This document shows, piece by piece, positions 21,646 to 31,708 of a stretch of DNA of 40,933 nt. Made by a program: the position numbers and the translations under genes. The stretch spans positions 1-40,933 of the forward strand of contig NZ_JBARYR010000319.1 of NCBI RefSeq assembly GCF_049648075.1, in the 5' to 3' direction. Below the pieces are notes generated by a model. That model was not told where the DNA came from. It saw only the letters and a list, made by a program, of their open reading frames with translations, and searched no databases. This DNA comes from Rubrivirga sp. (GTDB lineage Bacteria; Bacteroidota; Rhodothermia; Rhodothermales; Rubricoccaceae). The stretch's first letter is position 1. Every line of letters starts with the position of its first letter.

Positions 21646-22258
21646 GGCGCTCCTGACAGTCTCGGTGTTGCTCGTCGCTCTCGGCGGGTGCGTCTCCCTC
21701 GAGACCGGCCGCGTCGGTCACGAGATCGCCCGCGACCTCGAGCGGGACTCCTCGGTCGACGTGGTCAGAGGCCTCTCTGTGTCGGCAGGTCGTGGCCTGA
21801 TCGGTACGGGTCGATTCTTCGCCCGGATGTTCGCGCCGAAGTCGACGGAAGACGGGCGCCGGTTGGCGAGGCACGTACGCGTCGCGCAGGTCTCCCTGTA
21901 CTCGATTCGTGGGGTCACCGACCTGAGCTATCTGTCGCCACCGAGCGCGTTGGACGACTACCGAGAGGAGGACGGCTGGTATCGGCTCGCGACGATTCGA
22001 GACACGTCCGGGACGGCGTGGGTGCTGTACCGAGAGGACGGCGACGCGCTCCGAGACCTGCTCGCCGTCGTGGTCTCGACCGACGACCTAGTGGTGACCA
22101 AGCTGTCCGGAGACCTCACCGAACTCGTCCTCGAGGCCGCCGACACCTGGTCGCCGTCATCGCTAATCGATGAGGTCCTGTTCAAAGAGCCCGAACCCGA
22201 CGAGGTCGTCGCTGAGGGCTCGACCGGGAGAAACGCGAGCGGAGAGACACCGATGTGA
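21638..22258 (+). CDS. Lipoprotein, probable second DUF4252-like protein
   Basis: Lipobox LGGC; GWYRLATIRD...LVVTKLSGDL pattern parallels the preceding gene. Confidence 0.6.
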   Translation: MSRALLTVSVLLVALGGCVSLETGRVGHEIARDLERDSSVDVVRGLSVSAGRGLIGTGRFFARMFAPKSTEDGRRLARHVRVAQVSLYSIRGVTDLSYLSPPSALDDYREEDGWYRLATIRDTSGTAWVLYREDGDALRDLLAVVVSTDDLVVTKLSGDLTELVLEAADTWSPSSLIDEVLFKEPEPDEVVAEGSTGRNASGETPM

Positions 22259-22310
22259 TCCAGGGAGTTGACGTGCCGCGTATGTTTTGGGACGCCCACC
22301 TCAATCCAGG

Positions 22311-22817
22311 ATGCAGCTGCGCGCCCTCTTTCTACTCGCACTCCCTCTCACATTGACCGCTTGCGGTGACTCGGCTGACACTGAAGCCGACCTCGGTGAC
22401 ATCAGCACTCCGATCGAGGAGCCGGTACCTCAGCTCGATGAGACCTCCGGGACCCTGGTAGCAGGAGACGTAACGCTAGAGACGGGCGAGTTCATGGACT
22501 CGTACAACATCCTCGCCCGCGAGGGACAATGGATCAAGGCGGAGGTCGTGTCGGGTGACTTCGACCCGCACATCATGGTCATCAGCCCGACGGGTGTCCA
22601 GACCGACGTCGACGACTCGGCGCTCGAGAACACGTCCATGACCAAGGCCATCCTGGAAGCAAGCGAGGGCGGTGAGTGGACCGTCATCGTCACAAGCTTC
22701 GAGCCCGGAGAATCTGGCAGCTACGAGCTCGCCTACGGCGCACTCGATGAGGAGCCGGAGGACGCTGCCGAAGGCACCCAGGTCGTACCAGACGAGGATC
22801 CGACGATCGAGACATGA
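22311..22817 (+). CDS. Acidic lipoprotein with PPC-like domain
   Basis: Lipobox LTAC; DSY...SGDFDPHIMVISP...GEWTVIVTSFEPGESGSYEL resembles pre-peptidase C-terminal domains. Confidence 0.65.
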   Translation: MQLRALFLLALPLTLTACGDSADTEADLGDISTPIEEPVPQLDETSGTLVAGDVTLETGEFMDSYNILAREGQWIKAEVVSGDFDPHIMVISPTGVQTDVDDSALENTSMTKAILEASEGGEWTVIVTSFEPGESGSYELAYGALDEEPEDAAEGTQVVPDEDPTIET

Positions 22818-22881
22818 TCCTGACTCGTGACGTGCCCCGCAGTCGAGCTCGTCTGCAGGACGAATGCAGACGAGTGTGTGG

Positions 22882-24870
22882 TCAGAAATCGAGAAGTGAT
22901 TGCGCGGCCTGCTCGAGGCGGGCCTGCGCGGAGTAGACCTCGGCTTCGATCGCCTTCGAGAACGGAATCGGCAGGTCCGCGCCGCCCACACGGACCGGAG
23001 GCGAATCGAGGTCGTGGAAGGCCTCCTGTGCGACCTCGGCCGCGACCTCGGCGCCAAACCCGCCGGTCCTTCCCGCTTCGTGGAGGACCAGCAAGCGCCC
23101 GGTCTTCTTGACCGACTCGAGGACGGCCTCGCGGTCCCATGGCACGAGCGTGCGCAAGTCCACGACCTCGAGGTCGCCGGCGTCTTGAAGGTTCGTCGCG
23201 AGATCGAGTGCCCACCGAACGCCGACACCCCACGTCACGACGGTCAAGTCCGCTCCCTGGCGCGCGACGCGAGCTTTGCCGATCTCGACGCGGTAATCGC
23301 CGTCCGGGACGCTGCCTCGCATCGACCGATAGAGCGCTTTGTGCTCGAAGACCAGGACTGGGTTGTCGTCCTCGATGGCCGAAACAAGTAGCCCTTTCGC
23401 ATCGGCCGGAGTCCCAGGCACGACCACCTTTAGACCCGGGACGTGGCAGAACCAGGCCTCCGGGCTCTGGCTGTGAAACGGACCGGCACCGATCCCGCCA
23501 CCGAACGGGGCTCGGACGGTGACCGGCACCTTGGCCCCCCACCGGTAGTGCGTCGTCGACAAGTTGTTGACGATCTGGTTGAAGCCGCAGGTGATAAAGT
23601 CGGCGTACTGCATCTCGACGACGGGCCGGAACCCATCGAGGGCGAGGCCGAGCGCGCAGCCGAGCGCTCCGCTCTCGATGATCGGCGTGTTGCGGATCCG
23701 GTCGGCTCCGAACCGCTCGAGGAAACCGGCCGTGACCTTGAACACGCCCCCGTACTCGGCGACGTCCTGGCCCATCAGAAGGGTCGTGTCGTCGGCCTCG
23801 AGGGCGCGGCCCAAGCCGTCCGTGATCGCGTCGATAAAGCGGACGTCCGGGGTCTCCGGCCCCCGGTGCGCCGTCGGCCTAGAGGTCGAGGGCGCAAACA
23901 CGTCTCGGTGCTCGTCGGCGTCCGTGCTCGTGACCTCGGGCTGGGTCAGCGCCCACTCGGCCACCTCCTCGATCTCGGCCTCGAGGGCGGCGTCGATCGC
24001 GTCGAGGTCGGCGGGGGCCACGCCGTCCTCGATGAGGTGGTCGCGGTAGCGCTGGACCGGGTCGCGCTCCTGCCACTGGGCGATCAAGTCGTCGGGGACG
24101 TACTTGGTCCCACTCGCTTCTTCGTGGCCGCGGACCCGGAAGGTCTTCATCTCGAGAAGCGTGGGGCCATCCCCTGCCCGTGCCCTCGCGGCTGCAGCAT
24201 TGACGCTTGCAATAACGGAATAAATGTCATTCCCGTCCACCACGACGCCCGGCATGCCGTACCCGGCTGCCGCGGAGGCGATGTCCTCGACCGGTAGGGC
24301 CTCAGACGTCGGCGTCGACAGCCCGTACCCGTTGTTCTCGACGACGAACACGACGGGCAGCTTCCAGACCGAGGCCAGGTTCAGCGCCTCGTGGAAGTCT
24401 CCTTCCCGAGTCGCACCCTCTCCTGTGAACGCGAGTGCGACGGCGTCCTCTCCGCGAAGCTGCGACGCCAGGCCGAGCCCGTCGGCCACGGGCAACATGG
24501 CCGCGAGGTGCGAGATCATCCCGACGATCTTTTTGTCGGGGTGACCAAAGTGAAACGTCCGGTCACGACCCTTTGTGAAGCCGCCCTCTTTGCCCATCAA
24601 CTGGCAAAACAAAGGCCGAAGCGGCAATCCGCGCGTCGTCCACACGCCGAGATTCCGGTGCATCGGCAACAGCCAGTCTCTCTCCTCGAGAGCCCACGCG
24701 CATCCGACCGCGATTGCCTCCTGGCCGTACCCGCTGAACCATTTCGAGAGCCGGTTTTGCCGGATCAGCCGCAGCATCTTGTCCTCGACGGCACGGGGCA
24801 ACCGCAGTGCGCGGTACAAGTCGAGCGCGTCAGAGTCGGACACGGGAGCAGCGAGCGATTGGGACTCCAT
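22882..24870 (-). CDS. 2-oxoacid (branched-chain) dehydrogenase E1, fused alpha/beta
   Basis: TPP motif GEGATREG...NN, RVRGHEEA; beta part GQDVAEYGGVFKVT, GPFHSQ, FEHKALY. Confidence 0.92.
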   Translation of the reverse strand: MESQSLAAPVSDSDALDLYRALRLPRAVEDKMLRLIRQNRLSKWFSGYGQEAIAVGCAWALEERDWLLPMHRNLGVWTTRGLPLRPLFCQLMGKEGGFTKGRDRTFHFGHPDKKIVGMISHLAAMLPVADGLGLASQLRGEDAVALAFTGEGATREGDFHEALNLASVWKLPVVFVVENNGYGLSTPTSEALPVEDIASAAAGYGMPGVVVDGNDIYSVIASVNAAAARARAGDGPTLLEMKTFRVRGHEEASGTKYVPDDLIAQWQERDPVQRYRDHLIEDGVAPADLDAIDAALEAEIEEVAEWALTQPEVTSTDADEHRDVFAPSTSRPTAHRGPETPDVRFIDAITDGLGRALEADDTTLLMGQDVAEYGGVFKVTAGFLERFGADRIRNTPIIESGALGCALGLALDGFRPVVEMQYADFITCGFNQIVNNLSTTHYRWGAKVPVTVRAPFGGGIGAGPFHSQSPEAWFCHVPGLKVVVPGTPADAKGLLVSAIEDDNPVLVFEHKALYRSMRGSVPDGDYRVEIGKARVARQGADLTVVTWGVGVRWALDLATNLQDAGDLEVVDLRTLVPWDREAVLESVKKTGRLLVLHEAGRTGGFGAEVAAEVAQEAFHDLDSPPVRVGGADLPIPFSKAIEAEVYSAQARLEQAAQSLLDF
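24208..24218 (+). repeat. TGCAATAACGG polar motif copy 4 (in BCKDH E1)
   Basis: Exact 11-mer. Confidence 0.85.
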
Positions 24871-24946
24871 GAATCTGGGGAGGGGACCGCGCAAGGTCCG
24901 TCCTCGAGGGCGATGGGTCTACCCCCTCCGCCGATCTTCTCCCGAT

Positions 24947-26410
24947 CTAGTGCCCGCGCCCTGCCAATGCCGTCCTAATCGTTTGGAACAGGATCTTCGC
25001 ATCGAGGCCGAGGCTCATCGTCTCGATGTAGAACAGGTCGAACTTCAGCTTCTGGCGGACGCTCTCGAGGCTGTCGTCGTACTGCCACTGGACCTGCGCC
25101 AGGCCGGTCAGACCCGGTTGGACCCTGTGGCGACGACTGTAGAGCGGAATCTCGGTGACGAGCTGTTTCACGAAGTAGGGACGCTCGGGTCGAGGTCCGA
25201 CCAGGCTCATGTGTCCGAGAAGGACGTTGACCAACTGCGGCATCTCGTCGATCCGAAGCTTGCGTAACCACCGTCCGAGACGGGTGACGCGCGAGTCTCG
25301 CCTCTCCGCCCACACGGGTCCCGTTTCGCGCTCCGCATCGTCGACCATCGTCCGGTACTTGAGCATCGTGAACGTTTTGCCGTCCCGGCCCACCCGCGTC
25401 TGCCGATAGATCGCAGGCCCTTGCGACGACGCCCGCACGGCGAGGCCGATCATGAACCACAGCGGCATCCCCACCACGAGGACCAGGGCACTGACGGCGA
25501 TGTCCGCGAGCCGCTTGGTGCGCCGCTCCCACACCGGGATGGGCTCCGGGAGCACCTCGATCAACGGCAGGCCGTAGGTGTGCTCCGTCCGCGCCATCCC
25601 ACCTACGGCCGCGTAGAAATCGGGGACGAGCTTGAGCGTGACGGGCTTGCCGTCACACACCCGCAAGACCTGGTCCAGCGTCTCGTGGTCGTCCGAGCCG
25701 AGCGCGATCAACACGTCCTGAACACCGAGCCGGTCGATCAGTCCGGGAAGCTCGGCGACCGCGGCCTCGGGAGCACCTGACGGCGTCACCTCGACGGCAC
25801 CGACAGGTAGCGCATCCCCACCAGGAAACCGCTCGGAGATCGTCTCCGACTCCCCTCCCGCCAGGACCGGAACGTGGACGGGGTCGCGCAGGCGGACCGC
25901 CCCGACGATCTCGATGTTGGCGGCCGGGTACTCGGCTAGGTCGTGATACAGCGTCTCCACACGGTCGGACCACCCGACGACCACGGCGCGGTGTCGGCCG
26001 TACCCCCTCACCACGAGCGCCTTTTGAACGCTACGGATCACCAACCGCACGCCGCCGACAGCGACAAACTGAGCGGCTGCATAGGCGCCGAAGGCCGTCC
26101 TCAGGTCCGCCGTGTCGACGCGGTCGACGATCAGGCCGAAGAACAGCGCGAGACCGCCGAACGAGATCACCTTCAGGAGCGTGACGAGCTCGTCGAGCCG
26201 ACCTCGAGCGTACCGCTCTCCGTACAGACCGGAAAACGCGAACAGGACACTCCAGCCAATGACGACGGCCGCAGCTCCTACGAGTTGGAGCCCGAACGGA
26301 GTGGGCAGCCAGTTCCACGCCGACGCCCCACGGGCGACGAGAGTGAGCGCGAGCGCGCTGGCGAGGGCGTCGCCCCACGTGAGGGCGAAAATCTCAATTC
26401 GACGAGACAA
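24947..26410 (-). CDS. Polyprenyl glycosylphosphotransferase (WcaJ/GumD-like)
   Basis: N-terminal TMs; KRLADI, YRQTRVG..KYRTM, RIDEMPQL, MSLVGPRPER, PGLTGLAQV, DLFYI. Confidence 0.92.
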   Translation of the reverse strand: MSRRIEIFALTWGDALASALALTLVARGASAWNWLPTPFGLQLVGAAAVVIGWSVLFAFSGLYGERYARGRLDELVTLLKVISFGGLALFFGLIVDRVDTADLRTAFGAYAAAQFVAVGGVRLVIRSVQKALVVRGYGRHRAVVVGWSDRVETLYHDLAEYPAANIEIVGAVRLRDPVHVPVLAGGESETISERFPGGDALPVGAVEVTPSGAPEAAVAELPGLIDRLGVQDVLIALGSDDHETLDQVLRVCDGKPVTLKLVPDFYAAVGGMARTEHTYGLPLIEVLPEPIPVWERRTKRLADIAVSALVLVVGMPLWFMIGLAVRASSQGPAIYRQTRVGRDGKTFTMLKYRTMVDDAERETGPVWAERRDSRVTRLGRWLRKLRIDEMPQLVNVLLGHMSLVGPRPERPYFVKQLVTEIPLYSRRHRVQPGLTGLAQVQWQYDDSLESVRQKLKFDLFYIETMSLGLDAKILFQTIRTALAGRGH

Positions 26411-26531
26411 TCAGACGAGCGAAGGGGCGCGTAGCGGAAGTCTCGAACGAATGCGGGCTGGTGACCGTGCCAATCTAGACCCCCCATTCTGTTGGCGCAA
26501 GCAACCTCGAGGTCGCTCGGTAGCTTCCGGC

Positions 26532-28184
26532 ATGTCTCGCGCGCTGTTCCTGCTTCTCACCTGGACGATCGCGGCGTCGGCCCCGCTCCAGGGTCAACCC
26601 GAGATCGTGCCGGCGGAGCATCGCGTGTACGAGTGGATGGCCGATCAGCGAGTCGCCGGGCATCTTCCGGAGTACCGCCACGAAACCCTCCCGTACGACC
26701 GGCTGACCGTCCGTCAGCACCTCGACAGCCTCGCCACCCGCAGCAGCGACCTCGGCGCATCGAGCCGGTATTGGCTAGACCAGTTCAGGCGCGAGTTTTT
26801 CGAACCGCTCGACCGCGTCCACAGCTACGTCGGTGACGGCCAAGCGGGAATTCTCGACTTCGAGGCCGAACGGACCTTTCTATACACACGCAACGACGAC
26901 TGGAGAGTGTCGGTCTGGGGCGAGGGCGCCGTCGAGAACCGGTCGTCCGAAGGCCCGGTCGACGCCGGTGGCCTGTCTCGCAGCGCACGGCTGACGTTTG
27001 AAGCGAGTTGGCGCAACACCGTCGGGCTGTACACGAGCACGATCAACGGCGTCCAAGTCAGTGGCGACGCGTCGGTCCTGCTGGCCGACCCTCGCTTGGC
27101 GCCGCTGTACTTCGTCGCCCGAGACCCGACCAACGTGCAGGGGCCGTTCGACCAGACGTCGGCTTCACTGCGCGTCGTTGAGGGGCCGTTCTCGGCCGAG
27201 ATCGCCAACCAGCGCCTCCGGTTCGGGGCCAGCGCGGACGCCCCGATGCTGCTCACCGACAACGCCGACTATCTGCCGTTCGTCCGGCTGGGCCTGAAGA
27301 CACGCAGCGTCACCGTCCAAGCCATCCACGCGGCGCTCAGCTCGCCCTCGAGGACGGTCATCACCGACGACGGAGACCTGTTTTTCGAGAGCCCGGACCG
27401 GTTCCTCGCGATGCACCGCCTCGAGGTCCAGCCGTTCGGGTGGTTCAGCGCCGCGTTCACCGAGGCCGTCGTGTACGGACGCCGAGGACCGGAGATCGCC
27501 TACCTCAACCCTCTCTACCCCGTCGAGGCCGCCGAGCACGCGTTGTGGGACCGAGACAACGCCCTGTTCACCTTGGAGGGCACGGTCCGCCCTCTCCGCG
27601 GCCTCGAGGCCTACGGCACCTGGCTCGTCGACGACCTGGCGACTTCGACACTGGGCGACGGCGACTACGGTAACAAGTGGGGACTTCAGGGAGGGGTCCA
27701 ACTTTCTGTCGCCTCGACAGGCGTCACGGCCTTCGGCGAGTACACCCGCATCGAGCCCTACACGTACACGCACCGATTTCAGGAGGACGGGTTCTTTTTC
27801 AACTCGTACGTCCACAACGACTTCGGGCTCGGGCACCCGATCGGACCGAACGCGGATCAGTGGCTCGCGGGGGTCCAGGCGTGGCTGCCGTTTCGCGCTC
27901 GAGGACGCGTGGCGGCGCGGTACCGACGTCAAGGGCGCAACCCTGTCGACCCCGTGACGGGCGAGGCGACCAACATCGGTGGCGACGTCAACGACGGCCG
28001 GGCGCCGGCGGACGGAACCAAGCGCTTTCTCGCCGGCGACGTGTTCTCGGGACCGGGCTTCCAGGGCACCCTCGAGGTCGAGCCCGCACGCGGTGTGGCG
28101 CTCCGGCTGTTTGCCGATGCCCAGTTCTGGGACGACCGGCCCAACGACGTGTTCGTCCGGTTCGGGCTCGCCGTGCGTCCGTAG
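26532..28184 (+). CDS. Outer-membrane beta-barrel, capsule assembly Wzi-like
   Basis: Signal peptide; HRLE..FTEAVVY..YLNP, EYTRIEPYTYTH and LGHPIGPNAD motifs; divergent from the WcaJ-like gene. Confidence 0.65.
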   Translation: MSRALFLLLTWTIAASAPLQGQPEIVPAEHRVYEWMADQRVAGHLPEYRHETLPYDRLTVRQHLDSLATRSSDLGASSRYWLDQFRREFFEPLDRVHSYVGDGQAGILDFEAERTFLYTRNDDWRVSVWGEGAVENRSSEGPVDAGGLSRSARLTFEASWRNTVGLYTSTINGVQVSGDASVLLADPRLAPLYFVARDPTNVQGPFDQTSASLRVVEGPFSAEIANQRLRFGASADAPMLLTDNADYLPFVRLGLKTRSVTVQAIHAALSSPSRTVITDDGDLFFESPDRFLAMHRLEVQPFGWFSAAFTEAVVYGRRGPEIAYLNPLYPVEAAEHALWDRDNALFTLEGTVRPLRGLEAYGTWLVDDLATSTLGDGDYGNKWGLQGGVQLSVASTGVTAFGEYTRIEPYTYTHRFQEDGFFFNSYVHNDFGLGHPIGPNADQWLAGVQAWLPFRARGRVAARYRRQGRNPVDPVTGEATNIGGDVNDGRAPADGTKRFLAGDVFSGPGFQGTLEVEPARGVALRLFADAQFWDDRPNDVFVRFGLAVRP

Positions 28185-29144
28185 GTGCCGACGCTCCAAG
28201 AGTGGCGTGGGGACGACGGAGCCGTCGTCCGCTACACGCCCGTCCGATCGTTCGGGAAGGTGTGGGTCGCTGCGGGTCTCCCCTCGTCCTCGAGGACGAA
28301 CGACGTGGTGGCATTCGAGCGGGCGGCAGCGGTGGAAAATGCTCGCGTTCTGTGGTTCGCGGTTGAGTCTCCTGAGTTCATCGACGGGAGTCGCCCCTCA
28401 ATCGTGATTGGGGCCGAGCCGGTCTGGTCGTCCTCGAGGTGGGACGAGATCGTGTCGTCGAAACGGTCGGTACGTGCGCAGATCGCACGGGCTCGCAACA
28501 AGGGCCTCGAGGTCGAGCAGTGGGATTCTGCTCGAGTCTCGGCCTCCGCTGAGCTACGAACCATCCTCGAGGACTGGCTGAGCCGCCGAGGGCTTCCACC
28601 GCTCTCGTTCATGGCCAACCCGTACGTCCTCCAGGCGCCTGGTCCGCGAACGTTCCACGTCGCCGTCCTCGAGGGCGAGCCCGTCGGCTACCTCGCGATG
28701 GTGCCGGGTGACGAGGCGTTGATCGAGTGGATCATCCAGCACCGCCGCGCTCCGAACGGGACGGCGGCGATGCTCCTCGATGCTGCCGTGCGGTCGTTGC
28801 CCCACGACTCGACGTTCACGCTCGGCATGGTTCCGCTGTCGAGCTATGCACCGCTGTCGACCGAACGTCCCGGTCCGCTCGTCCGGGCGCTGCTGAGTTG
28901 GGTCCGCGCTCACGCCACGCGGTTTTACAACTTCGAAGGCCTGGAGCGTTTCAAGGCCAAGTTCGTCCCCGACTATTGGAGGCCGCTGTGGCTGGTGACA
29001 GACGGGCGGCCGATCAACGTCCTGACCTTCCATGCCGTCGCCGCGGCGTTCTCCTCGTCGAGGGGCCCGACACGCTTCGTGGCCCGCGCACTCGGCGACG
29101 CCGTCCTCGAGGAAGCGAGGCGCCTGGGAGCTAGTTCGCGGTAA
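28185..29144 (+). CDS. DUF2156 / MprF C-terminal-like aminoacyl transferase domain protein
   Basis: RAQIARARNKG, APNGTA, LGMVPLS, FYNFEGLERFKAKFVP.W motifs; no large N-terminal flippase domain. Confidence 0.75.
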   Translation: MPTLQEWRGDDGAVVRYTPVRSFGKVWVAAGLPSSSRTNDVVAFERAAAVENARVLWFAVESPEFIDGSRPSIVIGAEPVWSSSRWDEIVSSKRSVRAQIARARNKGLEVEQWDSARVSASAELRTILEDWLSRRGLPPLSFMANPYVLQAPGPRTFHVAVLEGEPVGYLAMVPGDEALIEWIIQHRRAPNGTAAMLLDAAVRSLPHDSTFTLGMVPLSSYAPLSTERPGPLVRALLSWVRAHATRFYNFEGLERFKAKFVPDYWRPLWLVTDGRPINVLTFHAVAAAFSSSRGPTRFVARALGDAVLEEARRLGASSR

Positions 29145-29895
29145 AGCGGAAGGAGGCGACCGTCGTCTGGTTGACCTGTCGCGCCTGGGGCGGCAACGGC
29201 TGGGCACGGCACCGGGATATGACGCGACGGACGGCATCGTTGAGCACGCCGTTACGCGTCACGGGGCGGTCGGCGACGTAGCGACCTCGAGGGTCGAACG
29301 TGACGCGGTGGTCGACCTGGCCCTCGACGCCTGCGAAGGGAGCGCTCGGGCAGTCGAAGGTCCGGTTTCCGAACTGAAATCCGACCTCGACGGGAGCGTC
29401 GCCCCCGGAGCCAGAGCCGGGGCCGTCGCCTTCTCCGTCGCGGTTGCCGGCGCCCTGGGAGGAGCCTCCACCCTCACGTGGCTCGGTCTGCTGGGGCGGC
29501 GTCGGGTCGCGCTCGGGAGTGGTCGCCCTCGAGGGCGGATTGACACGGGACGGCCGTGCGTCATTCGACTGAACGGGCCGAGGGAGCGGATCAGCAGTGC
29601 GCGGCGGCGTTTGAGGACGGTCCGGGATGCGGGCGGTCGTCGGTGCCGGCGGAGTCGGGCGCTCGGTCTCGAGTTGTTGGCGCGAGTCGGCAGCCTGGCC
29701 GGCTTCGGCGCGCTCGGGCGGACCGGTGATGACCGGGCGCGTCGGGGCCGGGCCGAACTCGATGGCCATCAGCTGAGGCGGGTAGTCCTCGTCGAGGGCG
29801 TCCGGAGGGAGGCGAACGGCGACGGCGAGCAGGAAGAGGACGACGACGTGGATCGTCACGCTCAAAAGCAGTCCGTCGCGGTCGTCACGTCCCAT
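29131..29895 (-). CDS. TonB-like energy transducer
   Basis: N-terminal TM with SxxxH (SVTIH), long Pro-rich spacer, C-terminal domain ending FRF. ATG overlaps the upstream TAA. Confidence 0.7.
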   Translation of the reverse strand: MGRDDRDGLLLSVTIHVVVLFLLAVAVRLPPDALDEDYPPQLMAIEFGPAPTRPVITGPPERAEAGQAADSRQQLETERPTPPAPTTARIPDRPQTPPRTADPLPRPVQSNDARPSRVNPPSRATTPERDPTPPQQTEPREGGGSSQGAGNRDGEGDGPGSGSGGDAPVEVGFQFGNRTFDCPSAPFAGVEGQVDHRVTFDPRGRYVADRPVTRNGVLNDAVRRVISRCRAQPLPPQARQVNQTTVASFRFTAN

Positions 29896-30998
29896 TACAT
29901 CCCTGTGGTAAGCCCCCGTCCTCCAAACTGATACGCGAGGGAGACGCGGTGCGCGTAACCGAGTTCGCTCGCCAACCCTCCAAAGTCTCCGAATCCGTAG
30001 TCGACCTGCAAGGCTCCCAGTCGGACGCCGGCTCCCACCGATGGCGTGACCTGGGTCCCGAAGGCCTCGCTCGTCGTCACGTCGGCGATGCCGGCTCGGA
30101 AGGCGAGCACGTCGCGATAGTTGAGCTCGCCTCCAAATCGAGGACGAAACGAGACGGCGCCGTCGCCCACGTCGAGGACGTTGGCAGCCTGGCCGTCGAA
30201 GCCGAGGTCGAGGTCGGCGGCGGCGGTGAAGCCGATGTCTTCGGAAAGCGGGATAAGCGTCGACGCGCCGAGCCGGGCGACGGGCTGGACGACCTCGGTG
30301 AGTCCTTGCGGGCGGCTCTCCTCGGGGACAGACGCGAACAGCTCGTCGTTGACCGACCACGATTGGACCATCCCAAACGCGTCCTGCATGTTGAGGCCGA
30401 GTTGGATGCGCCCGAGATCGAGCTGGGCACCGATGTCGAGGGAATAGCCCCATGCGTCGGCAAAGTCACCGATACCTCTCTGGACCACCTTGGCCGTGGC
30501 TCCGACCGAGAGCTTGTCGCTCACGCCGCGCGCGTAGGACACGAACAGCGCGTTGTCGGCAGCCGAGAAGAGCGTGACGTCGTCGGGGTTGAGCTGTTGC
30601 GTGACCGGATCGAACGCCTGCAACGTGTTCGCGATGTCGTCGACGGCGGAGCGGACGAACGAGATCGCGACGGTCGAGCGGCTGTTCAGCGGATACGCAA
30701 TCGCGGCGTAGTCGAACGAGACCGCCCCGTCGAACCGCTCGGCGTGCATGTAGGCCGCCTGGGGCTGAGCGACCCCGTTGAGCCCGGCCACGTTCCAGTA
30801 CCCGGCCGTGACATCGTTCGCGTGCGAGACGTAGGCGCCGCCCATCCCAAGCGCCCGAGCACCGACGCCTCCCGCCAGGAACTCGGCGCCATACTTGCCG
30901 CCACCGTCGTCCCCATCGAGGTCGACGGTTTGGGCCGACGCCGTCGTGGCGAAAGCGAGGAGGAGCGCGAACCACACGCGGGGCTGCAGGACGGTCAT
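29895..30998 (-). CDS. PorV/PorQ-family outer-membrane protein
   Basis: Signal peptide; AEFLAGGVGARALGMGGA..DVTAGYWNVAGL; C-terminal HRVSLAYQF. Confidence 0.8.
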   Translation of the reverse strand: MTVLQPRVWFALLLAFATTASAQTVDLDGDDGGGKYGAEFLAGGVGARALGMGGAYVSHANDVTAGYWNVAGLNGVAQPQAAYMHAERFDGAVSFDYAAIAYPLNSRSTVAISFVRSAVDDIANTLQAFDPVTQQLNPDDVTLFSAADNALFVSYARGVSDKLSVGATAKVVQRGIGDFADAWGYSLDIGAQLDLGRIQLGLNMQDAFGMVQSWSVNDELFASVPEESRPQGLTEVVQPVARLGASTLIPLSEDIGFTAAADLDLGFDGQAANVLDVGDGAVSFRPRFGGELNYRDVLAFRAGIADVTTSEAFGTQVTPSVGAGVRLGALQVDYGFGDFGGLASELGYAHRVSLAYQFGGRGLTTGM

Positions 30999-31147
30999 AG
31001 AGTCGGAAGTTGACGACGTACCAGTCTGCAGACGCTCGGGGGTGTGGTGGAACGGTGGACAAGCTCGGTCATTGCCGCGGAGCCTGCAAGGCACGTGCCG
31101 CTCCACCGTGTGAGGATTCCGCGGCGACGGCTCGACCTTGGGGACGG

Positions 31148-31708
31148 CTACCCGGCAGCGGCGTCAGCGGCCCGCTCGGCCTGGGCGATGTGACGTTGAG
31201 CATGAACGCCCATCGCCTCGAGAAACGCACCGAGGGGAAGGCGCATCAGCTTGAGGAACGGGGACGCCACTCGTATGGCCGCGAGATCGAGGCCGTCGGA
31301 CGTTTCGATGATCTCGAGATAGCGGGCGATGTCGGAGTCGAAGCGCGAGACGGCTCGCTCCCGATCGATCTCGGACCTCAGACCGGTCGTCGACGGAGGC
31401 TTCATGGCGCCCGCCGTCGGGATCGGCCGTGTGCCGGGCCGGATCATGTCGATAAACTTTCTCGAGAACCACCCCCATCGGAACGGACCATCAGCTTTCG
31501 GCGCGTCCACGTCCTCGAGGGCGGCGTCAAACACGGGCAGATACCCTTTTGCCATCGTGTTCAGGTGGACGATGCACTCCCCGACCGACCACGATTTCTC
31601 GGACGGCTTCGCGTTGAACGTCTCGTCGTCGATGCGAGCGTCGAGGGCGTGGAGACGGCGCTGGGCGTCGCGGTAGGTCTCGGCGATCTGCGCGAGTTGG
31701 TCGGTCAT
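31148..31708 (-). CDS. DinB family protein
   Basis: KPSEKSWSVGECIVHL and HAQRHIAQA motifs. Confidence 0.82.
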   Translation of the reverse strand: MTDQLAQIAETYRDAQRRLHALDARIDDETFNAKPSEKSWSVGECIVHLNTMAKGYLPVFDAALEDVDAPKADGPFRWGWFSRKFIDMIRPGTRPIPTAGAMKPPSTTGLRSEIDRERAVSRFDSDIARYLEIIETSDGLDLAAIRVASPFLKLMRLPLGAFLEAMGVHAQRHIAQAERAADAAAG

